Below, piece by piece: positions 22,953 to 34,180 of a DNA stretch of 64,000 nucleotides. The notes below the pieces were generated by a model. It did no database searches. It was not told the origin of the DNA and worked only from the letters and a program-made list of their open reading frames with translations. Within the stretch, counting starts at the first letter, position 1, and the number at the start of each line of letters is the position of its first letter. Origin of the DNA: an uncultured Chromatiales bacterium. GTDB lineage: Bacteria > Pseudomonadota > Gammaproteobacteria > Steroidobacterales > BM003. The stretch is from NCBI GenBank assembly GCA_937128475.1, contig CAKZML010000245.1, positions 288 through 64,287 on the forward strand, given 5' to 3'. A program made the position numbers and the translations under genes.

Positions 22953-24800
22953 CTAAATAGCCAGGCTCTTTAGCTTGCGTCGACCGAAGACCAGGTTCAC
23001 AACAGAACGTGTACCCACGATGGCGGTAAACATCGAGGTGATGATTCCCAGCGACAAGGTGACAGCAAAGCCCTTAATGGGTCCGGTTCCGAAGGCAAAC
23101 AGCACAACCGATGCGATCAGGGTGGTGACGTTGGCGTCGGCGATGGATGAGAAAGCCTTGTCATACCCGGCGTGAATCGCCGCCTGTGGCGTATTGCCGT
23201 CTCGTAGCTCCTCGCGTATTCGCTCGAAGATCAGCACGTTGGCATCCACAGCCATACCCACGGTCAACACGATACCTGCGATACCCGGAAGGGTCAGCGA
23301 GGCCTGCAGTAACGACAACAGCGCTACCAGCAACACCACGTTCATCATCAGGGCAAGGTTGGCAATCAGGCCGAAAGCCTTGTAGTAGATCGCCATAAAG
23401 AACACTACCACCAGGAAGCCGGCGGTCACGGCACTAAAGCCCTGGTCGATATTGGCCTGACCCAGGCTTGGGCCGATGGTCCGCTCTTCAACAATGTAGA
23501 TAGGCGCTGCCAGTGAGCCGGCGCGCAGCAACAATGCAAGGTCACGAGATTCGAACGGCGTCAGCCCCTCGATCTGGAAGGTAGAGGAAAACACACCTCG
23601 TATTGTGGCCACATTGATCACGGTGCGTTCGGTGACATCCACCTCGACCTGCTCACCGTCACGCTCGACCATTTCCCGCTTCTTCTCGATAAACACCACG
23701 CCCATGGGCTTGTCGAGATTCCGCTTGGTGGTTTCCAGCATCTTGCGAGCGCCCTTGGCGTCCAGGCGCACTTTCACCACCGCTGATCCTTCAGAGAAGC
23801 CCGAGGAAGCATCGGTCAGCTGGTCACCGGTCACGATGGTGTCGCGCCTGAGCAGCACGGGCTGACCCTGGCGATTCTCCAACAAGATAGCGTTAAGCGG
23901 CACGCGTCCGGTGCGCTTGGCCTGGTAGGGGTCGCCCTCCTGATCCACCAACCTGAATTCCAGGGTAGCGGTAGCACCCAGGACCTTCTTGGCCCGTGTG
24001 GAGTCCTGGACACCGGGCAACTGAACCACGATGCGATCCAGGCCCTGGCGTTGCACAACAGGCTCGGCCACACCAATCTCATTCACACGATTACGCAGGG
24101 TAGTAATGTTCTGCTCAATGGCGAAATCCTGGCGCTGCTTGATCTGCTGCTCTGTCATGCTGACTTTCAGCACCACATTCCCGGCGTCGTCGCTGGCAAT
24201 AATCTGCAGCTCCGGATCAGCGTCCTCGATCAGATCGCGCGCGATATCGGCATCGGCCTGATCACGCAGCACAACTTCCACGAGATCCTCCTGGTGACGA
24301 ACACGCACGTAGCGGACGTCTTCTTTGCGAAGAAGTTGCTTGAAGTCGGACTCATAGCGTTGCAGGGTCTGGTTCACGGTTCCCTTGACATCCACTTCAT
24401 ACAAGAAGTGCACACCGCCGCGAAGATCCAGGCCAAGACTCATGGGTCTCAAGCCAATAGCGCGAAGCCACATCGGCGTGCGAGGAGCCATGGTCAGGGC
24501 CGAAGCATACCCACCGCCAAATTCGCTCTTCAGCAGATCATGAGCTTTCAGCTGGGTTTCGACATTTTCAAAGCGCACAAGCGCCCTGCCGTCTTCTGCG
24601 AAGACACCACGAGTGACTATCTGTTCGCGCTCCAGCAATTCCCGAATTCGCGTAATAGTGCTGTCCGCAACAGCCTGGTAGTCATCACGGGCTATTTGGA
24701 TCGCGGGATCCTCTCCGAAAAGATTTGGCAGTGCCAGCAAGCCACCCAAGGTGACCACAAGCACTACCATCAGGTTTTTCCACCAGGGATAGTGATTCAT
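22953..24800 (-). CDS. secD: protein translocase subunit SecD
   Basis: 615 aa with a large periplasmic loop and a C-terminal six-TM bundle. Confidence 0.95.
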   Translation of the reverse strand: MNHYPWWKNLMVVLVVTLGGLLALPNLFGEDPAIQIARDDYQAVADSTITRIRELLEREQIVTRGVFAEDGRALVRFENVETQLKAHDLLKSEFGGGYASALTMAPRTPMWLRAIGLRPMSLGLDLRGGVHFLYEVDVKGTVNQTLQRYESDFKQLLRKEDVRYVRVRHQEDLVEVVLRDQADADIARDLIEDADPELQIIASDDAGNVVLKVSMTEQQIKQRQDFAIEQNITTLRNRVNEIGVAEPVVQRQGLDRIVVQLPGVQDSTRAKKVLGATATLEFRLVDQEGDPYQAKRTGRVPLNAILLENRQGQPVLLRRDTIVTGDQLTDASSGFSEGSAVVKVRLDAKGARKMLETTKRNLDKPMGVVFIEKKREMVERDGEQVEVDVTERTVINVATIRGVFSSTFQIEGLTPFESRDLALLLRAGSLAAPIYIVEERTIGPSLGQANIDQGFSAVTAGFLVVVFFMAIYYKAFGLIANLALMMNVVLLVALLSLLQASLTLPGIAGIVLTVGMAVDANVLIFERIREELRDGNTPQAAIHAGYDKAFSSIADANVTTLIASVVLFAFGTGPIKGFAVTLSLGIITSMFTAIVGTRSVVNLVFGRRKLKSLAI

Positions 24801-24820
24801 TTGTTTTTTCCGGAAGGAGA

Positions 24821-25150
24821 TTAGTCGGCTTTATAGGAGCCCTTGGGAACGGTCTGGCTTACGGTACTGCGAGCCACCGTCAGTACGATGCCCTTGGCCA
24901 CTTCAACTCGCAGCCACTGGTCGTCAACCTTGGTGATCTTTCCGAGAATGCCGCCAGAGGTCATAACTTCCTCTCCAACACCCAGCGCTTCCACCATGTT
25001 GCGATGTTCCTTGGCGCGCTTTTGCTGAGGGCGAATCAGCAAAAAGTAAAACACTATGAAAATCAATACGATGGGCAGCAGACCCTCTAACATACTCGGC
25101 GCAGAGGCCGCAGCGTCCTGGGCCCAGGCACTAGAAATAAACATATCCAT
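24821..25150 (-). CDS. yajC: preprotein translocase subunit YajC
   Basis: 109 aa, single TM, motif LIRPQQKRAKEH. Confidence 0.9.
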   Translation of the reverse strand: MDMFISSAWAQDAAASAPSMLEGLLPIVLIFIVFYFLLIRPQQKRAKEHRNMVEALGVGEEVMTSGGILGKITKVDDQWLRVEVAKGIVLTVARSTVSQTVPKGSYKAD

Positions 25151-25220
25151 TAATCGTTCCTCTAATTAATTCGCTGGGGCAGCCCCTTTTACAGGAAAGC
25201 GCCCCAAAATCAGCGAGCTA

Positions 25221-27376
<2,156 letters not shown>

Positions 27377-27497
27377 GGCGGCGCATAATAACAGAGGCCA
27401 GCCACCGCTGGCGCTATCTCGTAGCTCCTGAGGACACGACGGGAACAAGAAACAGAGTTCTCCGGAGGCTGTTCGGGAGATTTACCCCGACAAAGTA

Positions 27498-27521
27498 TTG
27501 CGGGCGCCGAAGCGCCCGCAA
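27498..27521 (-). terminator. stem-loop downstream of pat (10-bp GC stem, tetraloop)
   Basis: TTGCGGGCGC-cgaa-GCGCCCGCAA lies 9 nt after the pat stop. On the minus strand it is followed by TACTTTGT, only a moderate U tract. Confidence 0.45.
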
Positions 27522-27529
27522 CCTCAAAC

Positions 27530-30232
27530 CTACAGTTTCAGTAACATCTTCACCATGTCGGTGGAATCCGGATCCATGGTGATGCTGAAGCCAAGTTCCC
27601 GAGCCAGTCGAATCATGTTGGAGTTCTCGCGAAGCGCAACACCATCCATGTATTTCAGTCCCCGGTCCCTGGCCACGTCGATCAGGTCGCGGAACAGCCG
27701 GGAGGCCAGTCCCCTGCCCTGCAATTCGTCAGCCAATACGATGGCAAATTCGCAGCCCTCGCCGTCCAGCTTGATAATGTAGCGAGCCACACCGACTTGC
27801 TGCTCACCCTCGGGAGTCTCGCGCACTGCAATCAGGGCCATTTCCCGGTCATAGTCAATCTGGGTAAAGCGTGAAAGCATCGCCGGGGTCAGTTCCCTGA
27901 GTGTGTACATAAAGCGCAGGAAGCGGGTCCGGTCGCTGAGCTTGGCCATCAACTGCTGCTCAAGCCGTGCATCTTCGGGACGAATCGGACGAATCAGGAA
28001 ACGCTCGCCATCGGGAATTTCGAAGTGATGCGCAAGCCCGCTGGGGAACGGATGAATCGCCATGTGGGCATAGGGCTGCTGGCCGGGTTCGACCTTGCGA
28101 ACAACTACCCGGGCATCCACGGCCACCACGCCATGCTCATCAACGATCAGAGGATTGATATCCATCTCCTCGATTCCCGGCAACTCGCAAACCATTTCCG
28201 AGACTCGCAGGATGGCGTCCTGCAGAGCCTTCATATTCGCCTTTGGCAAACCACGGAATTCCTCGAGGTATTTCGCCGCCTTGGTTGAACGAATCATGCG
28301 ATGGACCAGGTAGGAGTTAAGCGGTGGCATGGCCAGGGCCCTGTCACCAAGAATTTCCACCATGGTGCCACCCAGGCCGCAACTGATCACGGGGCCGAAC
28401 ACCTTGTCATTGACCACGCCAACCATCAATTCGCGACCGCTGGTGGAGTGCCACATGCGCTCGATCACCACACCGTCCACCTTGGCATCGGGCGCCAGCC
28501 GGGTAACCTTCTCCATCATCTCCTTGTAGGCCTTGCGCACTTCATCGGCGCTGTTCAGGCCCAGTCTCACACCGCCCACATCAGATTTATGGGTAATGTC
28601 AGAGGAGTAAATTTTCATCGCCACGGGGAAACCCACTTCCTCGGCTACCCGTACTGCCTCCTTGGCCTCCCGGGCAGGAAGGCTCTGCAGAATCGGAATC
28701 TTGAAGCAATCCAGAAGAGCCTTGGATTCAGCTACATCCAGAACGTTGTGACCCACCTCAAGTGCATTCTTGATAATGCGCCGGGCCTCCACCAGGTCAG
28801 GGGCATCTTGCGGACTCAGGGGATCGGGAACCTGCAGCAGCAGTTTCTGGTTAGCCGTGTAGGCTGCGGCGGCGGAGAACGCCAGCACCGCATTTTCCGG
28901 CGCCCTGTAAGACGGAATGTTGTTGGCCGAGAACAGCTTGCGGCTGCTGGACACGGCTTTCTCGCCCATCCAGCAGGTAAACAACGCTTTCTTGTGATTC
29001 GCTTTCAGCTCCACCACGCGCTCAGCTACCGCAAAGGCATCTGTCATGGCCTGGGGAGTTAGGATCGCCAGGACTGCGTCCACGCCCTTGTCATCCATGC
29101 AAATTCTCAGCGCTTTCTCATAACGGTCTGCCGAGGCATCACCGATCACGTCCACCGGATTGCCCTTGGACCAGGTTGCCGGCAATACACCGTCCAGCGC
29201 TGCCATCGTCTCAGGGCTGAGCTCGGCCAGTTTCAGGCCCATCTCGTTGACCGAGTCGGCAGCCATCACAGCGGGGCCGCCACCATTGGTCACGATGCAC
29301 AGACGCGGCCCACCGGTTCTGACACCTGAATTCAGGGTCAGCGCGGCAGCGAAGAAGCTGGCGAAACTGAGTACCCGGACGGCACCGGCACGTTTCACCG
29401 CGGCGTCGAACACGTCGTCTGCGCCCACCATGGCGCCAGTGTGTGACACCGCCGCCTTGGAGCCGCCATCATTACGTCCGGACTTCATCACGATGACCGG
29501 TTTCACTCGTGCCGCTGCACGAAGCGCACTCATGAAGTGCCGGGCGTCATGAAGGCCTTCCACATACAGCATGATCGAGTCGGTGCCCGGATCCTGCACC
29601 AGGAAGTCCAGGATCTCGCCGAAATCCACGTCGGCGGAAATGCCCGTGGAAATCACGCTGGAGAAGCCCACACCATTGGTCTTTGCCCAATCCAGGATCG
29701 CCGTACACAAGGCGCCGGACTGGGAAACCAGGGCGATACGACCCGGATTGGCTGCACCATGACTGAAGGTGGCGTTCAGGCCCAGGTCGGTTCGCATGAC
29801 ACCCAGGCAGTTCGGGCCCAGGAAACGCAGTCCGTACTTCCTGGCCACGGCCAGGGCCTTTTTCTCGAGTTTCACACCTTCCGGCCCAGCTTCACGGAAG
29901 CCGGCTGAAATCACGATGGCGCCGCGGACACCCTTGCGGCCACATTCCTCGAGAATCCCGGGCACGGTCTTCGCCGGGGTCACGATGAGGGCCATATCCG
30001 GCACCTTGGGCAGGTCCGAAACACTGGCGTAACAGCGGCGTCCCAGCACTTTTTCATACTGGGGATTTACCGAGTAAAGACGGCCCTTAAAGCGTGATTT
30101 CAGGAGATTCTTCATCACCACGCGGCCAAGGGAACCCTCTCGCTCACTGGCGCCAATCAGGACCATGCTGTTGGGGGCGAAAATTGCGGCGACATCATAA
30201 TCAGGGACCGAAAGGTCATTTTTCTTGGACAT
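27530..30232 (-). CDS. pat: protein lysine acetyltransferase Pat/PatZ type (NDP-forming acyl-CoA synthetase-like domains + C-terminal GNAT)
   Basis: 900 aa. N-terminal CoA-binding and succinyl-CoA-synthetase-like flavodoxin domains, a central ATP-grasp, and a C-terminal GNAT (ADELQGRGLASRLFRDLIDVARDRG). Confidence 0.85.
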   Translation of the reverse strand: MSKKNDLSVPDYDVAAIFAPNSMVLIGASEREGSLGRVVMKNLLKSRFKGRLYSVNPQYEKVLGRRCYASVSDLPKVPDMALIVTPAKTVPGILEECGRKGVRGAIVISAGFREAGPEGVKLEKKALAVARKYGLRFLGPNCLGVMRTDLGLNATFSHGAANPGRIALVSQSGALCTAILDWAKTNGVGFSSVISTGISADVDFGEILDFLVQDPGTDSIMLYVEGLHDARHFMSALRAAARVKPVIVMKSGRNDGGSKAAVSHTGAMVGADDVFDAAVKRAGAVRVLSFASFFAAALTLNSGVRTGGPRLCIVTNGGGPAVMAADSVNEMGLKLAELSPETMAALDGVLPATWSKGNPVDVIGDASADRYEKALRICMDDKGVDAVLAILTPQAMTDAFAVAERVVELKANHKKALFTCWMGEKAVSSSRKLFSANNIPSYRAPENAVLAFSAAAAYTANQKLLLQVPDPLSPQDAPDLVEARRIIKNALEVGHNVLDVAESKALLDCFKIPILQSLPAREAKEAVRVAEEVGFPVAMKIYSSDITHKSDVGGVRLGLNSADEVRKAYKEMMEKVTRLAPDAKVDGVVIERMWHSTSGRELMVGVVNDKVFGPVISCGLGGTMVEILGDRALAMPPLNSYLVHRMIRSTKAAKYLEEFRGLPKANMKALQDAILRVSEMVCELPGIEEMDINPLIVDEHGVVAVDARVVVRKVEPGQQPYAHMAIHPFPSGLAHHFEIPDGERFLIRPIRPEDARLEQQLMAKLSDRTRFLRFMYTLRELTPAMLSRFTQIDYDREMALIAVRETPEGEQQVGVARYIIKLDGEGCEFAIVLADELQGRGLASRLFRDLIDVARDRGLKYMDGVALRENSNMIRLARELGFSITMDPDSTDMVKMLLKL

Positions 30233-30235
30233 TTT

Positions 30236-30262
30236 AATTCTCTTGTAGGCGGTAAGAGAATT
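30236..30262. promoter_or_regulatory. perfect 9-bp inverted repeat in the pat / HDAC divergent control region
   Basis: AATTCTCTT-N9-AAGAGAATT begins 4 nt upstream of the pat ATG. The arm proximal to pat contains its only SD-like purine run (AAGAG, 7 nt from the ATG). Confidence 0.5.
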
Positions 30263-30302
30263 ATCCCATTAAACTGCTTGCCATAGTCCTGTGGAGAGCC
30301 GA

Positions 30303-31226
30303 ATGGCGACTGCGTTTATTACTCATTCTAAATTTTCAGCCCATGAAATGTTGCCCGGTCATCCGGAGAATCCCCACAGACTCAGGGTTATTGGCGAACA
30401 CCTGGCCAGGCTCGGCATTGCGGACTTCCTTGTTCACGTCGACGCCCCCATGGCCACCCGTGAACAGGTGGAACGCGCACATTCGGCCAGCCACATCGAA
30501 AATCTGGCTCACCACGCCCCGAAACATGGCCTGGCGTTTATCGATTCGGACACAGCCATGAACCCGGACACCCTGGAGGCGGCATGGCGAGCCGCCGGTG
30601 GCGCCGCACTGGCCACAGACATGGTCATGGAAGGCAAGGCGCACAACGCTTTTTGCGCCCTGCGGCCACCGGGACACCATGCAGAACGTAACAAGGCCAT
30701 GGGATTTTGCTTTTTTAACAATATCGCGATTGCTGCCGCCCAGGCCCTGGAGGCCCACCACCTGACCCGGGTAGCGATCCTGGATTTCGATGTCCACCAT
30801 GGAAACGGTACCGAGGACATCTTCAGGGACGATAACCGGGTCATGGTCTGCTCAAGCTACCAGCATCCTCTGTATCCTTTCCTGGACCCGGCGAGCGTAC
30901 CGGGGCGACTGGTCAACACTCCCCTGCCAAGGGGCGCGGGAAGTGACCAATTTCGGCAGGCGATCAGTGATCACTGGCTACCTGAACTGAACGCGTTCAA
31001 GCCTCAGCTGGTGTTAATTTCAGCGGGTTATGACGCACATCGGGACGACCCGCTGGCGGATCTCAACCTGACCGATAGCGACTACGACTGGATCACCGAT
31101 GTGGCAATGAGGGTGGCCGAAGAGCACGCCGGAGGGCGCATTGTTTCCTGCCTGGAAGGCGGCTACAGCCTGGAAGTCCTGTCCCGCTGCGTACCCGCGC
31201 ATATTAAAAAACTGGCCGCGTTATAA
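30303..31226 (+). CDS. histone deacetylase-family (class II-like) lysine/polyamine deacetylase
   Basis: Start ATG 30303 with GGAGAG upstream (the track ORF starts at GTG 30291). Motifs RPPGHHA, DFDVHHGNGT and LEGGYS. Confidence 0.85.
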   Translation: MATAFITHSKFSAHEMLPGHPENPHRLRVIGEHLARLGIADFLVHVDAPMATREQVERAHSASHIENLAHHAPKHGLAFIDSDTAMNPDTLEAAWRAAGGAALATDMVMEGKAHNAFCALRPPGHHAERNKAMGFCFFNNIAIAAAQALEAHHLTRVAILDFDVHHGNGTEDIFRDDNRVMVCSSYQHPLYPFLDPASVPGRLVNTPLPRGAGSDQFRQAISDHWLPELNAFKPQLVLISAGYDAHRDDPLADLNLTDSDYDWITDVAMRVAEEHAGGRIVSCLEGGYSLEVLSRCVPAHIKKLAAL

Positions 31227-31237
31227 GCGCGGCCAGT
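31211..31237 (-). terminator. 10-bp stem-loop terminating the sigma/anti-sigma/PDZ operon (overlaps the HDAC stop codon)
   Basis: ACTGGCCGCG-ttataag-CGCGGCCAGT. On the minus strand it is followed by TTTTTAATAT. On the plus strand only TT follows. Confidence 0.6.
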
Positions 31238-31260
31238 TACTGAAAATACCCTTGCGAGAA

Positions 31261-32301
31261 TCAGGTCCGTGCCGGCGGCGCGGCGGGTGCCGGGGGCGCT
31301 GACAACTCGTCCAGCACATCCAGTTCGTGCAACTCTTCCAGTTCCCGTTCCAGGATTCGATGCATGCCACTGACCTTGCGCTCCGGCAACGTGACCTCCA
31401 CCGTCATCTTCTTTTTCTTGCGAACAATCTGAATGCTCAGCTTTTCTCCAGCCTGGTAGCTGCGCAGGATACGCATGGCGTGGGCCGGACTGTCGGGGGT
31501 CCGTCCATCGATCTGCTTGATGACATCGCCGTCCTGAATATCCATCTCTTTCTCACCAGGCCCTCTGACCACCAGCAGACCTTCGTCGGTGCCGAAATAT
31601 TCACCCAGTTCCTTGGTCAGGCTGACCATCTCCATGCCGCCCCAGCTGCGGAAAAATCCCCTACCCATGTGCATGGGAGCTTCCCCGTCCTCAAAGACCT
31701 CTATATCAAAATTGCGTCCGCGAGGACCCATGAATACGCGATCAGGTCCCGGGCCGGCGAAACCAAACGCCATCGTATCGGCGGCCTTGGTCCGCAGCTG
31801 AATCTCATTCTCGATCTTGCCGTCGTCGCGCTGGTATACCAGCTTCACGTCGCTGCCCGGTTCCATGTCCCGCATGAACTGCAGGAGCAACCGTTGTGAT
31901 TCCCGGGCCGAGTCCGCGGCCAACGATGTATCGCCAATACGGGTAATAACGTCACCGGTTTTCAGGCCTGCCTGGTCTGCAGGACCGCCTGGCGTAACGC
32001 CCAGGACTTTGACGCCCTTGCCGGCACCACCTTCACCCGGACCGATATTAATGCCCAACATGGCCCGTCGACCGTTGCTGCGGATATGCCGGATGATTTC
32101 CATATCTCCAGCGGCTTCCATACTCAGCTCAGCCACTTCACGGGCCGCCTCTTCCAGCCGGCGCCGCGCATCCTCAAGACTCCTCTCGGCCTCTTCCAAC
32201 TGCGCTTTTTCAGGCTGGGGATCCGCCGCCTGTACAGGACCCGCCAACATCGCCACGGCCAACATCACTAACAATTTGGTTTTCATCGCTTTACTCCTCA
32301 A
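31261..32301 (-). CDS. secreted coiled-coil protein with two PDZ domains and no protease domain
   Basis: Signal peptide ...AMLAGPVQA, then a charged coiled coil (EKAQLEEAERSLEDARRRLEEAAREVAEL). PDZ 1 is LGINIG...VLGVTPGGPADQAGLKTGDVITRIGD and PDZ 2 is GLLVVRGPGEKEMDIQDGDVIKQIDGR. Pro/Ala-rich tail. Confidence 0.7.
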   Translation of the reverse strand: MRSKAMKTKLLVMLAVAMLAGPVQAADPQPEKAQLEEAERSLEDARRRLEEAAREVAELSMEAAGDMEIIRHIRSNGRRAMLGINIGPGEGGAGKGVKVLGVTPGGPADQAGLKTGDVITRIGDTSLAADSARESQRLLLQFMRDMEPGSDVKLVYQRDDGKIENEIQLRTKAADTMAFGFAGPGPDRVFMGPRGRNFDIEVFEDGEAPMHMGRGFFRSWGGMEMVSLTKELGEYFGTDEGLLVVRGPGEKEMDIQDGDVIKQIDGRTPDSPAHAMRILRSYQAGEKLSIQIVRKKKKMTVEVTLPERKVSGMHRILERELEELHELDVLDELSAPPAPAAPPART

Positions 32302-32364
32302 CGTGTCGGGTCCTGGCCCGAAGCACTTAATGATCCTATCTGGCTGCGCAATTCACGCGACCGA

Positions 32365-33042
32365 TTAAAAAGACGCTCTCTGTGCCTGGGCATAACGCAC
32401 CTGGACCAGGGAATTCATTACATCCACCCGCTCTTGCCATAGCCGCTGAAGCTGGGCGGAGGACAACTCGGGTTGCTCCCCCATGCTCAGTCGGTAATCA
32501 ATCATCGCCACCCGGTCTTCCAATACGGAGATCGTGCCGGCCGTGTCAGCGCTCACCACTTGCGGCCCCTCGGGCATGGCACGCAACACCTGTTCAAGCT
32601 GCTGGGACCGGGCCATCAATTGAGCCATGTCGTCGGACTTGACCTGAGATGCGGCAGTCTCGGCACCGGAACGGGAGACCAGCACAGGCGTGGTGCCACT
32701 CATCGCCGAGCCGATTCCGCTTTCCGATCCACGCGGCACCTGGTTCAACAGTCCAAACAGCACCACTGCCACGGCCAGCCCTGCAGCCAGTGACCCGGCC
32801 CAGAACCAACCGGTAAACGCCAGCGGCGCACTGCTTCTGCTGCCAGCCCGCGCTCGGGATATAGCCTGCCACCCCCCCTCGGGGGCCGGAATTTCCGGCA
32901 GGCTCTGCAGACCCACCTGTACGATGCGCAGTCGACCCAGTTCCGCCTGACAGCGCTCGCAACCATTAACGTGGGCAGCCACATCTGCAGCTTCCGGGGC
33001 CGCATCCCGCAAATTCAGGAGTTGTTCGACGCTTGCATGCAT
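32365..33042 (-). CDS. anti-sigma factor (zf-HC2, single TM)
   Basis: H-x3-C-x2-C motif (HVNGCERCQ) and TM FTGWFWAGSLAAGLAVAVVLFGLL. Overlaps the 3' end of the sigma gene. Confidence 0.75.
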   Translation of the reverse strand: MHASVEQLLNLRDAAPEAADVAAHVNGCERCQAELGRLRIVQVGLQSLPEIPAPEGGWQAISRARAGSRSSAPLAFTGWFWAGSLAAGLAVAVVLFGLLNQVPRGSESGIGSAMSGTTPVLVSRSGAETAASQVKSDDMAQLMARSQQLEQVLRAMPEGPQVVSADTAGTISVLEDRVAMIDYRLSMGEQPELSSAQLQRLWQERVDVMNSLVQVRYAQAQRASF

Positions 33043-33617
33043 GTCAGCCCTCCTTGTTCAGGTTTCAACATGGCCTGCAGCCGCTGATGGGACCGCGCCA
33101 ACTGTGATTTTGAAAAACTCACGGTTTTACCAAGCATTTCCGCTATCTCCGGGTGGGTGTATCCCTCGACGTCGTACAACCAGACCACCGCCCGGCCCAC
33201 GGGGTGGAGTTGCGACAGGGCCTGCTCCAGGTCCATCGCCACACCGGTCAAATCCGCCTCCGACGGGCCTGCCTGATCCTGCAACACGAGTTCCACCACA
33301 CCGGGGATTCCCTCAATGGAACGACCCTTGCGGTACCAGGCCGAGCGCAGGTGCATCAAGCACTTGCTCACCGCAATCTTGCGGATCCAGGCGGAAAGGG
33401 GAGCATCGCCCCGGAATTTGCCAATCCCGTCCAGGACCTCGACAAACGTGTCCTGCAGCACTTCATCCGCTTGTGCCGGCTGGCCAAGCATGCGACGCGC
33501 CAGGGTGTACACCGGACCGCTGAAGGCAAGGTACAGACCCTCATGAGCCTTTGAGTCACCGGCCACCGCCCTGGCCAGCAGACTTGGGGTAATTTCTGTT
33601 TCGCTAAATCTAGACAT
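33015..33617 (-). CDS. ECF (group IV) RNA polymerase sigma factor
   Basis: Trimmed to MSRFSETEITPSLLARAV (ATG 33617). Region 2 is EGLYLAFSGPVYTLARRML..DEVLQDTFVEVL and the region 4 HTH is GYTHPEIAEMLGKTVSFSKSQLARSHQRLQ. Confidence 0.85.
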   Translation of the reverse strand: MSRFSETEITPSLLARAVAGDSKAHEGLYLAFSGPVYTLARRMLGQPAQADEVLQDTFVEVLDGIGKFRGDAPLSAWIRKIAVSKCLMHLRSAWYRKGRSIEGIPGVVELVLQDQAGPSEADLTGVAMDLEQALSQLHPVGRAVVWLYDVEGYTHPEIAEMLGKTVSFSKSQLARSHQRLQAMLKPEQGGLTCMQASNNS

Positions 33618-33748
33618 CCTGTACCTATAGATGCGGCATCCCGGCAAATGGTTGCAGCTAATTGGCAAAAAAGACGATTTTCACACCCTCGTGGCGTTTC
33701 AAAGCATCCCTACTGGCAAGCTCGACGTCAAAATACTTGGAATCATTG

Positions 33749-33777
33749 TTGGTTTGACGGTGCTTGCCGTCTATAAT
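33749..33777 (+). promoter_or_regulatory. putative sigma70 promoter of tRNA-Leu
   Basis: TTGGTT-17 nt-TATAAT followed by the GC-rich discriminator GGCGCGCC. The tRNA 5' end is 14 nt downstream of the -10 element. Confidence 0.4.
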
Positions 33778-33790
33778 GGCGCGCCTTGAT

Positions 33791-33876
33791 GGCGGTGTGT
33801 TGGAATTGGTAGACAAGACTGACTCAAAATCAGTTGCCCTCTGGGCGTGGCGGTTCGAGTCCGCCCACCGCTACCA
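33791..33876 (+). tRNA. tRNA-Leu (anticodon CAA), class II, encoded CCA
   Basis: Folded by hand. Acceptor GGCGGTG/CACCGCT (G1-U72 wobble), D arm TTG..GGTAGAC..CAA, anticodon stem ACTGA/TCAGT with loop CTCAAAA, long variable arm GCCC-tct-GGGC, T arm GGCGG-TTCGAGT-CCGCC, and 3' ACCA. Confidence 0.9.
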
Positions 33877-33885
33877 TCTTTAAGG

Positions 33886-33911
33886 AAAGCAGCCTCCGGG
33901 CTGCTTTTTTT
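33886..33911 (+). terminator. rho-independent terminator after tRNA-Leu
   Basis: AAAGCAGCC-tccg-GGCTGCTTT followed by a T run (7 T in total). Confidence 0.85.
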
Positions 33912-34180
33912 ATGTCAGCAACATCAACTGGCGACCAATTCCCGGGCGAATTCAAGGCTAATAATCCGAACCGAAAAACCGGCTTGCCCGGGACTTCCAT
34001 CACCATGCAATGGGTTCCCCCGGGCAGGCTGTTAGCAACAGCATGTGCTTTAGCGGGATTTAACGCGACACCGCCGATAATTCCGTCGATCCTGCTACAG
34101 GCCCGGTAAATAACTGGACGCACGGCGAAGCCTGCGGATATTCTCGGTGCCTGTCCTAGCCAGCACCAACCGGGAATGCC

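Noticed and set aside
33618-33720. Possible ECF-type autoregulatory promoter (TGAAAC ... CGTC) upstream of the sigma gene
   Set aside because: The spacer between the candidate -35 and -10 elements is about 19 nt, longer than typical ECF promoters, and the -10 element is weak. I cannot support it without a group-specific motif model.
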